Below, piece after piece: positions 12,351 through 25,274 of a DNA stretch of 64,000 nucleotides. Both the position numbers and the translations under genes were made by a program. The notes under the pieces were generated by a model. That model was given only the letters and a program-made list of their open reading frames with translations, was not told where the DNA came from and did no database searches. The stretch spans positions 14,756,001 to 14,820,000 of the forward strand of contig NC_082730.1 in the NCBI RefSeq assembly GCF_030144855.1, read 5' to 3'. Numbering within the stretch: position 1 is the first letter of the stretch; every line of letters begins with the position of its first letter. This DNA comes from Hypanus sabinus (taxonomy: Eukaryota).

Positions 12351-12989
12351 TGTACAGTCACCAATCTGGTGAGACTCTTCGGCAACGTGAATTCTTGAAT
12401 GTTAAATGTTCATCCAAATCCATAAGCTCTCTTTAACACCTATTTTACCATTTCCCTCTGTTTCAAATCTCAGGGAGTTATGGACTTATACTCCAAGATT
12501 TGTACATGATTCTGAACTTGCCTTGCTAGTAATTCATTCAAAATGAGACACGAGAGAAACACGACATGAGACCTGATGAAGGGTCTCAGAAAGAAACCTC
12601 AATTCTATACCCTATCCCTTCATATCTTTGCTCAAATTCTCATTTGCTAGCTTCCCAATATCCCTGTTCACCCGGTTAGATCTTTCAACGTTAGTCGAAA
12701 CTGGATCTATCCAGATTCATGCTGCGTGATTCCCTGGAGCAGATGAAGTCTGAGTAGAGCTTCAGTACAAGGGATAACAATTCTCACATGTTGCACATAT
12801 TGGAGAAGTAATTCAGAATCAGGTTTAATATCACCGGCATACTGTATGCTGGGAAATTAGCTGCAGTTGTCCTAAATGGGAATATTTGATGATTCCCATT
12901 GGAGCTGTACGGAGAATCGCCACTTATTGCCGGCATCTTGAAGCTTAGCTAAAATGTTAAATGTTCGATTCTGATTTCATTGTAAACAC

Positions 12990-13410
12990 AAGAAAATCTG
13001 CATTTGCTGGAAATCAACACACAGAAAACACTGGAGGAACTCAGCAGGCCAGGCTTCATCATCTCTGGAAAAGAATATTTACATTTTGGGCCAAGACCCT
13101 TCTTCAGGACTGAGAATGAGGGAGGAAAGTTTTGCAATAAAAAGCAGGGAGGAAGGGAAGGAGGCTAGCTGGAAGGTGATAGGTAAAGACGGGTGGGTGG
13201 GAAAGGACCAGGCCTAGAAACGAAGGAATCTGACATGAGAGGAGAGTGGACCATAGAAAAAAAAGGAGGAGGGGACCCAGAGAGAAATAACGGGTGGAGA
13301 AGGGAGGAGCTAAGAGAAGGGTAGCGGCCTGATATCTTGACTATCTATTCATTTCCATAGATGCTGCCTAATGTGCTGAGTTCCTCCAGCATTTTGTATG
13401 TTTTGCTTTT
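12990..13410. mobile_element. Penelope-like fold-back element with inverted termini and a hammerhead relic
   Basis: Inverted 'ctggaggaactcagca' / 'tgctgagttcctccag' ends, a GA-rich core, and a hammerhead-like motif at 13081-13113. Confidence 0.6.
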
Positions 13411-13591
13411 GATTTCATTGTAGTGTGAGGGTTGAGGTGATCCAAGAATGTGGCTCATTTACTTTGTCCTGAATTTTTGTTGCTGACTTTGCAATTGTTT
13501 AGAAATAGATAAATGATAAAGTAATTCAGTATACATCGATAGCTTCTGTTACTTTGGGTTTGTTCCATTTGTTTCAGGGGAAAACAAGTAT

Positions 13592-14502
13592 TGTTATGAG
13601 TGATGAACTGACCTGATGGACAATGGGGTAAAGCGTTAACCATTCCCAATCCCCCCTCCTGAGAACCACGAACTATTACTGTTGTTATGCAGACCATGCG
13701 AAAGAGAGATGAAAAACAGGCAAGAACATCTGCGACAGATAAGAGAGAGGGGGAAATTGCTGATTAATTGTATTGTGACTCCTTTTGAATTATTTACTGT
13801 TTCGCTGCAAGGACAATAGTTTGCTCATAAACATTCCTCAGTGGACTGCAGGAGTGGCCTGATTTGATGGACACAGTCATTCAGAATTGATGGATAAGCT
13901 GAGTCCCCGTTGGTGGGGATAAAAGACAGGTCTGGAGAGGCACCCTCCAGACATGCCAGTGGACACTGCTTGAGTGTTGGAACCCACAAGAAAGGTGGGG
14001 GCTTCGAAGACTGAACCAGGAGGTCGGTCATTAAGGCTATCAGTGTAAAAGCAGGTGGGGACTTTGTGGGTGTCCACTCATGCCAGAGTGATGAGTCCAC
14101 CACAGAAGAATGGTCTAGCAGATGGATGGAGAGGTCCTAACTGAATGACCACAACGATACGACGGATTAAGAAGCAAAGGAAGGTTTGGCTGCTGTAGCT
14201 GTTTTTTTTTCTCTCTCTCTCTCTCTTCCCCCCCACCACCAACAACCATAACTGAACTGAACTTTATACTTTTCTATGACAATTCATTTACCCCTAGACA
14301 TAGATAGAGCGTGTTTATTGTTACTTATTATTATTCCTACACTTTTAGGTTTATTACTGCTACCTTGTGTTATATGTATATTGCATTATTGATATGGTTT
14401 TGCTTATTTTTATTAATAAACACCTTTAAATATAGTACCACCAGACTCCAACGGATTCTTCTTTTTCTGCTGGTCTGACACCCAGTTATGGGGTATGTAA
14501 CA
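13592..14502 (+). mobile_element. Solo LTR (Gypsy-like), 911 bp
   Basis: TGTTAT...GTAACA termini; 4-bp TSD GTAT (13588-13591 and 14503-14506); internal AATAAA. Confidence 0.8.
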
Positions 14503-14522
14503 GTATATTAGCCATGAACATA

Positions 14523-15656
14523 CAGTCAGCCCTCCTTATCCATGAGTTCCTCATGAGAAAATTCAACCAACCGCAGATAAAGAAATCCCAGAAGTCCTCT
14601 TCCAGCACTTGTTGTTTGAGCATTGTTTGCCATGCGTCTCATTTGTTCACTACTTTGTTCCTGTGAAAAAATAGCTCCTAAAAGGCAATTAGGTGGTCAA
14701 AGCAATTCCTCAAAGGCTAAGAGGGAGCGTAAAGTGCGATCTCTCACTCAGCAAGTAGAAATATTAGGTCTTTTGAAAAGTAGCATGTCGCTTTCCGAAG
14801 TGGGTCATAAGGTCGATAAGAACGAATTGAGCATTCGCACAATAAAGCAGAATAAAGCTGAAATTCATGGACGTGTTAGTGCTGCCCCTACAACGGCAGA
14901 AATGGTCTCTCTGGTTTGTGATAAAGTGCTTGTGAAGACTGAGAAAGCATTAAGTGTGTGGCTAGAGGACATGTCACAGAAGCATATCCCTGTCGATGGC
15001 CAAATATTACGTGAAAAAGCTCTTAGTCTCTATGAGCACCACTGTGATGGGGTTGATGGGAGTGAGAGAAAAGAGTTTAAGGCTAGTAAGGGATGGCTGG
15101 CTGGCTATGTAAAGCATTACAGCCTCAAGACCATAAAGATCACGGGAGAATCGGCATTGGCTAATGTCGAGGCCGCAGCAGCATTCCCAGAGGAGCTGCA
15201 ATTCTGAAGTCTTGATGGTCAACGCTTGAAGATCCTCAGCCCTCAAGTGCCACAGTTTGTGACTTTAGTCTTATTGAGCCTCCTCCAAAGCATCCTTATT
15301 CCCTAAACAAGACAGTGTAACAACTACTGTACAGGTATTACAAGTTTTACTCATTGTTTGATCATTCTTCACCTCACATCTCATTCATTCACTATTTGTG
15401 TTGTGAGTGAGAAGAACATGTACACTTTTGCTTGTCAAAATTCCCTAAACAAGACAGTGTAACAACTATTTACATAGCATTTACATTGTATTAGGTATTA
15501 TAAGTAATCTGGAGATGATTTACAATATACAGGAAGATCTGCGTAGGTTATATGCACATACTACACCATTTTATATCAGAGACATGAGCATCTGTGTTTC
15601 TGGGCATCCACAGGAGGTCCTGGAACCAATCCCTCACAGATAAGGAGGAGCAACTG
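14523..15656 (+). mobile_element. Tigger/pogo DNA transposon, internally deleted (CENP-B-type HTH domains, no DDE)
   Basis: TIRs CAGTCAGCCCTCCTTATCC and the reverse complement of agataaggaggagcaactg; TA on the left; ORF 14623-15207 with LSVWLED..IPVDGQILREKA..FKASKGWL. Confidence 0.88.
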
Positions 15657-18600
15657 TGTACTGTATCTGCTTAAATTCTGTACATTGCATAGTATGAGTG
15701 CTGAGTCTGTTGCATCAGTCACTGCTGTCAACTGTACAATGTTCATCCTCAGTGAAGGATAAGTTAAGATAAGGTAAGCTAAAACTTTATTTATCCCAAA
15801 GGAAATTATTGTTGCAAGGATGCATAGTCAGACATACATACCTTCAAATACAAAACTTATTCATTGATGTGTTTAGTACTTCTATCCTCTTTACTTGTCT
15901 TAACAGAATATGGAGAAGTAGCAGTGGTTGCTATAAACTGACAGAAGTTCCAGTCTGTTCCTGCATTGCCCCATCACTTCTTGGAAAATTTCTCAACAAC
16001 CATGGGTCAATATACTGATTGAACAAGTGCAGAGATACAAAACAGCTTCAGTAAAGCATTTTTGTTTCAGCAACTAGATCACTGAACAACAATAACAATG
16101 TGGTGAAGAAAAGTGAAAAGGCCACTGAACCATTGTGTTTAGACCTGATCCCAATCCTGTGCATACCTGTATGTACAACGGTGGGATTGAAAAGCATTGT
16201 CTGTTCATTTGTCGAGAAATCATACAGACTCTGCAGCTTTATGAGGTATTGATCAGACTGCATGTGGAATATCATTGACAGCTCTAGGCCCCTTTTCTTT
16301 CAAAGGGTGCGCTATAATTGGAGAGGGTCCAATTATATCCTCCAAGACAATGTGCATTGGTGACCCCACAGACGGCAGAAATACTTTGTGTGTGAATGGT
16401 ATATTGGTGCATAGTGACAATTGATCGTGACCGCTCTTCCAACAACTCCTCTCACTTCATCTTCTGCCCATAAAGCACCTGAAACTGAGGGAGAAGTTTC
16501 TCAGAAAATGCACAGGTAAAATCAAATTTACACAGGGAGATTCAAGATTCTAGATCATTTCATGTCATTTCCTGTACAAAAGTGTAAAGGAGAACAAAAT
16601 AATTATCACACTGGATCTGACAGAAAAGATAAGAAATGCAATCATCATAATAAAGATATTTTATTTAAAGTTGTCGCTGTGTTCTATGGAATCTGCGACA
16701 CTATCAATTGGTATAATTGAATTCCACATTTTTTGAGAAGATAACAGCATCGTCACTCGTCACGTGCTCACAGCTCTTCACAAGTAATGATTTTTATTTG
16801 ATTGGAGTCATCATTGTCACTGCTCACTAATGTCTCAGTGTGTTTCCACATTTCTGAGTCAATAGATTACTGATCTAGTCTCTTTCCAGACAGGTGAGCA
16901 TAAGGTCAGTGGTGGGTAACTTACTGGAGGTGATTGTGTGAGGCAGGATCTACCTGTATTTGCAAAGGCAGGATCTGATTTTGGATAGTGAACATGATTT
17001 TGTGCATGGAAAATCCTCTCTCAAAAATAGTTGATGGAGTTTTTTTTTTGAGAGATGATCAAAAGAACTGATGAGGACAAGACCTTGGAATTTAACAGTT
17101 GAGTTTTGCAAGGCTGATGACCATACCTTACAAGGTCGACTGATCTGCAATGTGAGATTTCATGGTAAGCTATCTGGATGGATACTGAATAGGCTTGGTG
17201 GAAGGAGTCAGATTGTGGTGGTGGAGTGTTGGTTTTCTGACAACGTCAGACTTTATCACCAGTGGTGTGTCATCAGGATCAGTGCTGTTATTTGTTAACC
17301 ACTCTTATTTTTCATCAATATTAATAATTTGGAATGAAAATACAGATGGCATAATTTCTATGTTATTGATGACACTGTAGTGCAGTGGACTGTGGAATGA
17401 GTTCTCTAAATTTACAAGAGAATCTCAAAAATGAGCCGGTGTTCAGCCCATTACTCTGTGCCAGCAAGCTCCCCCCACCTGAGCCTGTCCTGTCTGCTTG
17501 CATTTGACCCGTCTCCCTCTCTTCTCGGTACTATCATCAGGTGGAAGGTGCAGGACTCTTGGGGCCGACACCACAGGGTTCATCAATGGTTGTTGTCCTG
17601 CAGTAATCAGGCTCCGGGATTGTTTTCACTCGCCTCAGCTCTGAACTGACTCTGCAGCTGTGAACTCACTTTCAGGGACTCTGCCTCTCATGTTCTATGT
17701 ATTATTTGTTTACGTATTTTTATTATTTGCACGATTTATCATCCTTTGCACATTGGTTTTTTGGCAGACTTTGTTGTGTGTGGTCTTACAAGGATTCTAT
17801 TGTGTTACTTTATTTTGTTGGCAAAGGTATGGTGGATAATCACTGTCTTTATTCCAGGGTAGGAGAGTCGAAAACTAGAGACCCTCAGCTTAAGGAGCGA
17901 GGGGAACTTCTCAGAGAGCCTGGAGGGGCAGTGTTTTCCACACACAGCAGTGTGTGCATGGAAAAGGCTGCCAGAGGAAGTGTGAGACATGGGTACAAAT
18001 ATACTATTTAAAATAGAGTTGGACAAGTTCATGTACAGGAAAGTTTTAGAAGGATATAAGCCAGTATCCTTTTTTGGTATCTGTGGAAGGTCCTGGAACC
18101 AATCCCTCGTGGATAAGGAGGGCCAACAATATATTGTATCTACTTAAATTCTGTACATTGTATAGCATGAGTGCTGAGTCTATTGCATCAGTCACTGCTG
18201 TCATCAGTGTAATGTTCATCCTCAGTGAAGGTTAAGAGAAGTCACGATAAGGTAAACGAAAACTTTATTTATCCCAAAGGAAATTATTGTTGCAAGGATG
18301 CATAGTCAAACATATATACTTTAAAATACAAAAATTACTCATTGATGTCCTTAGTACTATCCTCTTTACTTGTCTCAACAGAATATGGAGAAATACTGGT
18401 GGCTACTATACACTGACAGAAGATGCAGTCTCTTTCTGCATTGCCCCATCACTTCTTGGAAAACTTGTTAGCAACCATGATGCAATATACTGATGTGAAC
18501 AATTGCAGAGATACAAAACATCTTCAGCAAAGCATTTTTGTTTCTGCAACTAGATCAGTGAACAACAATAATAGTCTGGTGGGAAAAAATGAAAAGGCCA

Positions 18601-18794
18601 CTTAGCCACTGTGTTTGAACCTAATCCCAATCACGTGCATAAAGGTGGGATTATAAAACGTTTTTCATTTGTTGTTGAGAAGTTATCCAAGAACTGAGGC
18701 TTTATAAGGTACTCATCAGATCACACTTGAAATATGATGAACAATCTTGGGCCCCTTATCTATTAAAGGATGTGCTGTAACTGGAGAGGATCCA
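15596..18794. repeat. About 730-bp direct repeats (15596-16330 and 18072-18794) flanking the V3 fragment
   Basis: Near-identical ORFs 15809-16018 and 18287-18493; both copies start in the Tigger right end. Confidence 0.85.
16351..16484 (-). pseudogene. Truncated V exon (V3): 5' half only, GALWAEDEVRG..KYFCRLWGHQCT
   Basis: Intact acceptor; homology to V1/V4 stops after QCT and joins a CR1 fragment. The upstream intron 16485-18063 matches 4338-6255. Confidence 0.88.
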
Positions 18795-19270
18795 GAGGAG
18801 GTTCATGAGAATGAATCCAGGAACGAAGGGGTTAATGTATAAGAATAGTTTGATGGCTTTGGGCCTGTACTTGCTAGAGATTAGAAGAACGATGGAGAAA
18901 TTTCACTGAAAGCTCTTGAATAGTGAAGAGCTTAGAACCTCAATGGAGTGTATGTGGTGAGGATGTTTCCAATAGTGGGGGAGTCTCAGACCAGAGGGTA
19001 TACCCTCAAAATAAAAAGACATCCCTTCAGGTGAGAGATGAGGAGGAATTTCTTTAGCCAGGTGGTGCTGATTCGGTGGAATTCACTGCCATAGGCAGCT
19101 ATGGGGGTCATGTAATTGGGTATGTTTAAAGCAGAGTTTGTTAGGTTTTTGATTGGTAAGATTGTAAAAGATTACAATGCGAATATGGTTAAAGTGGATG
19201 ATAAATCAGTCATTATAGAATGGTGGAGTAGGCTGATGGCCTAATTCTATTTCTCTCTTTAGTTCTTATG
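18690..19270 (+). mobile_element. CR1 3' fragment
   Basis: LERIQRRFMR-type motif through to the tail. Confidence 0.7.
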
Positions 19271-19965
19271 GTTTTAAATGATGGAGCAATGCAGGGAGAG
19301 GACAGAACAATTTGTTTTTGTGAGGCATCTATTGGAACTTCCCTAAATTCTATTGTGAATAAAGTAAAGAGCCACAGCATTTTCAACCATATCCTTTGAG
19401 AATTGCTTTGGAGTATCTCGTTCAGAGAAAGGGTAGCTTTCATAATCTGAATCAGATTTATTTATATTGTCTTCTGATGTGAAATTTGTTGATTTGCAGT
19501 AAAAAAAAAAGCACAAAGCAAGTTCCTTCCTTCAGACAATTAGTGAGCTCAGGTTTAACAGGTCCAGATTCACAAGTGGGACGACTGCATCTGGAATTAT
19601 CTGCAGCTAATCAACACCCAACAGATAACCCTGAGCAGAAGAGGTCAAGAGCTCCAAACAGACTCTGATGTTACTGCTTCACATCCTCACAGGAGAAGGA
19701 TATAATATGAAATTCCAAATTGTGAATGGCAAATTTCAAAGTTCAACATTCAAATTGCATCTGTTATCAAAGTGCATATATGTCACTATAGACTACCCTG
19801 ATTATAATGACAATCATGCAGTTCACCTTCTCTCATTTTCAAGACCCTTTATTGTGCATTCACGGGCTACAGTCACAGATCAGTACTGAGAAAAGTCACA
19901 CCTTCTATTTGCAGATTCACACCCTGATGACCAATGCAAGCTGCAATAATTTGTAGCTCACTCAT

Positions 19966-20088
19966 TTTATTCAGTACCCAACTTTTATTTCCATTGCTCG
20001 TTCTCCTTTAAGACCTTTGTACAGTGACTGGAAATATCACTCAATATCGTATCCATTACCTCCATGGTATTGTAATGAAAGGCATCAG
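19966..20088 (-). pseudogene. Orphan terminal-exon/polyA relic homologous to the 3' end of gene B
   Basis: 19500-20070 aligns with 27860-28400. AATAAA at 19966-19971; acceptor-like tacatgcag| at 20088, at similar spacing to gene B. Confidence 0.5.
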
Positions 20089-20159
20089 CTGCATGTAAAA
20101 CTGACAAGAAAGATTAATTCTGAAAAGTGGAGAGGAAGATAACTAGTTCTGTTATTTGT

Positions 20160-21020
20160 AAGAATGGAGAACATACAGCACAGTACAGGCCCTTCACCCC
20201 ACAGTGTTGTACTAATCTATACCCCATGATCAATATAATACTTCCATCCTACACAGCATATATTTTCATACATATATATATTTGCCTATTTGAGAGCCTC
20301 TAAATATCCCAATTATATTGGCCTCTGCCCACCATGCCTGCAGTGCATTGCAGCGACTCTGTGTTAATAAAAAAAAAAATCTTCCTCTTACATCTCCCCT
20401 AAACTTTCCTCCACTCATCGTAAATAGATGAGAATTAAGTGCTGGTTGTACACTCAATCTATGCCTTATACACTTCTCTACCAAGTTACCTCTCACCTTC
20501 CTTTGCTCCAAAGACAAAATCACTGACTGACTCAACTTCTACTTTTCCTCATAAGACGAGTTCTCTGATCCAGACAGCATGCTGGTAAACCTCCTCTGCA
20601 CTGGCTCTAAAACTTCCACAACATCCTTACAATGACACAATCAGAACTGAACACAATACTCCAAGTGTGATCCTACCAGGGGTTTATAGAGCTGTAACAT
20701 TACCTTGCCGCTCTTGAACTCAATCCCCTGAACTAGTGAATTCCAGCAGTTCATACACCTTCCTTCCCACCCTCTCAAATTGCACAGCAACTTGGAGGAA
20801 TCTAACACAGACTTGGACCCCAATATCCCTCTATTTCTCCTCATTGTTAAGTATCCTGCCATTAACCTTGTAATCTATCTTCAAGTTCAATGACCCATAC
20901 TGTACCACTTCACGTTTTTCAGTGTTAAGCTCCATCTACCACTTCTTCACCCAGCACTGCCTCCTGTCTTCATCCTGTCGTAACTTTCAACAACCGTCTA
21001 TACCATCCACAACATTGTAA
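20160..21020 (-). mobile_element. CR1 RT fragment
   Basis: ORF 20641-20862 with LQLYKPLVGSHLEYCVQF. Confidence 0.75.
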
Positions 21021-23105
21021 GTCTTCATATCATGTGTAAATGTATGTACATACATTGGAATTTTGAATTAAGTAACATTTCAGAGGCTTGTTCATATGTA
21101 GAAGTGTCCATACATCAGGGTTTCACCAGCTGGGACGGAACTGTATCTTCTTTTAACTTACACATCTTTCCTCTGACCAGATCTGCTTTCTAAACTAACA
21201 GTCTTCCACTTCTATCCAGATCTAAGGAGGGGGTCCCTGACATAAAACTGGGTTCAAAGAGGGGTTTCAGCCTGAAATATCAACTGCTTACTCTGTTACA
21301 TAGAAGCTACCTTCTTTGTTGAGTTCCTCTGGCGTTTGTGTGTCTTCAATCAGCATGTTGGAGGATGATAGAAAATATGTCTGAATGGTAACACAACAAC
21401 TACTTCTTACTCAGCATCAGCAAACCCAAAGAGCTGATTTTTGACCATGGAAGAGGAATCCAGAGGTCCATGAGCCAGTCCTCATCAGGGGATCAGAGGT
21501 GGGAAGAGTCAGTAACATTAAATTCCTTGGACCTGTCCTGGGTCCAGCACTTAACAGCCATTACAAAGAAGGCATAGCAGTCTCTTATTTTCTGGGCAGT
21601 TTGCAAAGAACAAAATGTTATCTAAAACTTTGACAAAGTTCTATAGATGCACTGTGGAAAGTATTCTTCCTACTTGCATCATGGCATGGTATAAAAACAC
21701 CAACGGCCTTGAACAGAAAACAACTACAAAAGGTGGTGGATACAGCCCAGTTCATCACAGATAAGCCTCTGCTTACTGTTGAGTACATTTACAAGGAGCA
21801 TTGTCGCAGCAAAAACAGCACCCATCATTTATGAACCACCATCCAGGCTTTAATAATAGATTTTAGCATCTTACTAAAGTCAGGCTAATTTGCCTATAAT
21901 ATTCTGCTTTCATCTCCCTCCTTTCATTATGATGTCTGACATTTGTGACTTTTCAGTTCTCTGGAACCGTATTTGGAAGATCGCTGCTAATGCTTCCACA
22001 ATCTCTTCAGCTACCTCGTTCAGAACACTGTGAACGGACAAGTGCGGACCTGGTATCTGAGAATTAAATAATGTAGATTTTGATTCTTCCAAACCAGCAT
22101 GGGAGATTTTCATAATCCATTTCAGTTTGGGAGTCATCCATCATTTCCAGAACCGTGTGTGAATATTTGTAGACACAAAAGATGCTGAAAACTGGAATTA
22201 AGAGAAAACTCCCAGAGGAATTCAATGGGACAGGCAGCATCTGTCAGGGGGAAGAGAACTGTCAAAGTATTGGGTCAAGAGGCACAGGAGTACATTCAGC
22301 TAGAGACTCATTCCACCGAAATGCAACACTGAGCGCCATAAGAAGTCATTCCTACCTGTGGCCATCAAGCTTTACAACTCCTCCCTCCTCCCTCAGAGCG
22401 TCAGACACCCTGAGCCAATAGGCTGGTCCTGGACTTATTTCCACTTGGCATAATTAACTTATTTAATTACTGATGGTTTTATATTGCTATATTTCTTCAC
22501 TATTTTTGGTCGGTGAGGCTGTAACGAAACCCAATTTCCCTCGGGATCAATAAAGTATGACTGTCTGTCATAGACTCTGAGTAGAGGGGATCATTGTGTA
22601 AATAAGGGAGTGGATATTGTGAAAATAACTGTCAAATCAGAAGGAAAGAAAGAGCAGGAAGTCCAATTTTGAAACTGTAGCAAACAAAATGAAGTGTGAT
22701 ATGTGGCAATATGAAAAGCTGTTAGTTATATTTAACAAAATAAAAAAAAAAATCCTATTGAACAGTCTCCCGAGAAAACAATCCTTGTTTATACAACTTC
22801 TGCATATAACTTGCATGCTCTCATCTAGAAAATAAGTACATGAACCTTTTCTTCAGCTGCTCCCCTAAAGGGTTCGCACCTTTCCTGTTATCCAGCAACC
22901 AGAACTACACACATACTCCAAATGTGGCTTAAGCAAAGTTTTATACAGCTGCTACATGCTTTCATGACTTTTTTTGGTTAATGTCCAAATTAAAGCCTGG
23001 TTTACCGCCAATATTGCGTCTGTCTATGTTGCCAGCTTCAAGGAGTTATGAACCTGCACTTCAAGACTTGCACATCATTCTGGATCTGCCTTGGTGATGA
23101 TTAAG

Positions 23106-23330
23106 TCAAATCTGTTTTGGAGAACCTGCCTCTGAGGAAAGGGCAAAGCAGGAGACAGACATGATGTAGGAGGGGCCTTTCATGCAAACAAACTCAACAT
23201 GCAATACATGGCTCCATTTCCATTGAGGCGATCTTGTCAGATCTTTTAAGGCAACCTCTAAACTCACCTCTTCTGAAATACATTGCAATGGTCAGTGCAA
23301 CTTTAAGAGATAATGGTGGGATTTCACTTT
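23106..23330 (-). pseudogene. Possible relic TM-end exon (..LSLKVALTIAMYFRR) plus short terminal exon (EAGSPKQI*)
   Basis: Donor AGAG|gtgagt at 23268; strong polypyrimidine acceptor at 23131; phases match. The 5' acceptor is unclear and the hydrophobic stretch is short. Confidence 0.3.
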
Positions 23331-23599
23331 TCTTCAGTTCAGTATTAGGGGGAAAATAGTTGTTTGAATTACACATTATCACAGTGGAAAAATCCACGTC
23401 AGCTCTGTTCTTGAGTCAAATCAAATCCATTTTGACAGGAAATGGTCTGCGTGAGTCACTTGAATAATACAGGACAGAATTTGGACAGGTCACATGTACA
23501 TTATCCGTTTTCCCCTATGTTCTCTTCCACCTCTAACCCAGCATGCCTTCACTCACCTCCACAGCTAAAGGAAGTTGGCAATTCCACAATATTCAGTAC

Positions 23600-24135
23600 C
23601 ACAACAAGAAATTCTGCAGATGCTGGAATTCCGAAGTAACATACACAACATAGTTGGAGGAGCTCAGCAGGTCAGGCAGCATCTATGGAAATGACTAAAC
23701 AGTCAACATTTACAGCTGTGACCCTTCTGCAGGACTGCCCAGGAAAGGGGAAGACACCCAAATAAAAATATGGAGGGAGGGAAAGGAGGATATCTTGATG
23801 GTGATAGGTGAAACCAAGTGGGAAGGGAAAATAAAGGGCTGGAGAGGATGGAATCTGATAGGGAGGAGAGTGGACCATAGGGGAAGGGGAAGGGGAGGAG
23901 ATCCAGGGGGAAGTGAAAGGCAATTGAGAAGAGGTAAGGGGCCAGAGTGTGGAATAGAAGAAGGGTGAGGTTGTTTTTTCTCCCCACAATGTTCCACAAC
24001 ATGTTCCCATAATCCAGACATGATGATGGGTCTCAGCCTGAAACATCAGCTGCTTATTCATTTCCATAGATGTTGCCTGAGCAGCTGAACTCCTCCAGCA
24101 TTTTGTGTGTGTTTCTCTGGATCTCCACCATCTTG
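23600..24135. mobile_element. Penelope-like fold-back element with a hammerhead relic in each inverted terminus
   Basis: Minus-strand relic at about 23700-23737, plus-strand relic at 24016-24052, GA-rich core. Confidence 0.65.
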
Positions 24136-24552
24136 GGTTTATAAATCCATCGTATGACTGTTCACCTGGTCAGATCATTAGATGTTAATCTAATGTGATC
24201 TATCTAGTTTATGCTGTGTGATTCTCTGCCACAGATAAAATCTGAGGAGAGTTTCAATACAAGGGGTAAAAGTTGACATATATTTACACATTTTAAGGAA
24301 GTAATACATTGCGTTTAACTGTTCAGGATTGATTTCATTGTAGTGTGAGAGTTGAGGTGTTCTGAGAAAATAGTTGATTTATATTCACCTGAAATTTTGT
24401 TGTCGAATTTCTACGTCTTTGTAAAAGCTTAGTTTAATTGTGCATAAATAGCAAAGTAATAAAATAATTTAATGTGCCTGGGGATCTATCATTGTTTTGC
24501 ATGTTTTATTTCTCTAGGGGAACACAGTGCAGGATGTTAGGTATGGATACAA

Positions 24553-25075
24553 CTCTACACCTGTACTTCAAAGCAAATTTCTCACCAGCCAATCATGTGG
24601 CAGCAACTCAATGCATAAAACCTTGCAGACATGGTCAAGATGTTCAGTTGTTTTTCAGACGAAGCATCAGAATTCAGAAGGAATGTGATCAAAGTGATTT
24701 TGACCATGGAATGATTGTGGTGCCAGGGAGTGGGTTGAGTATCTCACAAATTAGTGATCTCCTGGGATTTCCATGCATAACTTTCTCCAGAGTTTACAGA
24801 GAATGGGGAAAAAACAATAAAAATAAAACTTCAGAACTGCATTTCAATGGACAAAAAACATTTTGTTAAAAAGAAAGGTCAGAGGAGACAGGCCAGGCTG
24901 GACCAAGCAGACAGGAATGCAACAGTAACTCAAATCATCACACATTGCCACAGCGGCATGCTGAATGCACAGCACGTCCAACCTTGAATTGGATGGGCTA
25001 TAGACAAAGAGACCACAAACTTTTGCCACTTTATCAGGTACAGGAGGTACATAATAAAGAGGCCACTGCAGGTGC
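24553..25075 (+). mobile_element. Non-autonomous Tc1-like element
   Basis: Same family as 8945-9500; right TIR 'gtacataataaagaggccactg'. Confidence 0.7.
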
Positions 25076-25247
25076 TGTATATCTGCATGAACTGTGTGCA
25101 TCACAAACTAAGTACATTGAGATTGTTGTATCACGCACTGTTGCTAGCCGTTTGATGGTCATTTCCAGTGAAGATCTTTGTCTGGAACCACACACACAAA
25201 ATGCTGGTGGAACACAGCAGGCCAGTCAGCATCTATAGGGAGAAGCA

Positions 25248-25274
25248 CTGTCGACGTTTCGGGCCGAGACCCTT
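25248..25274 (-). ncRNA. Best-preserved 3' half of a minimal type-I hammerhead ribozyme (Penelope-like terminus); 5' core missing
   Basis: AAGGGTCTCGGCCCGAAACGTCGACAG = stem II, GAAAC and the GUC cleavage triplet. Confidence 0.55.
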
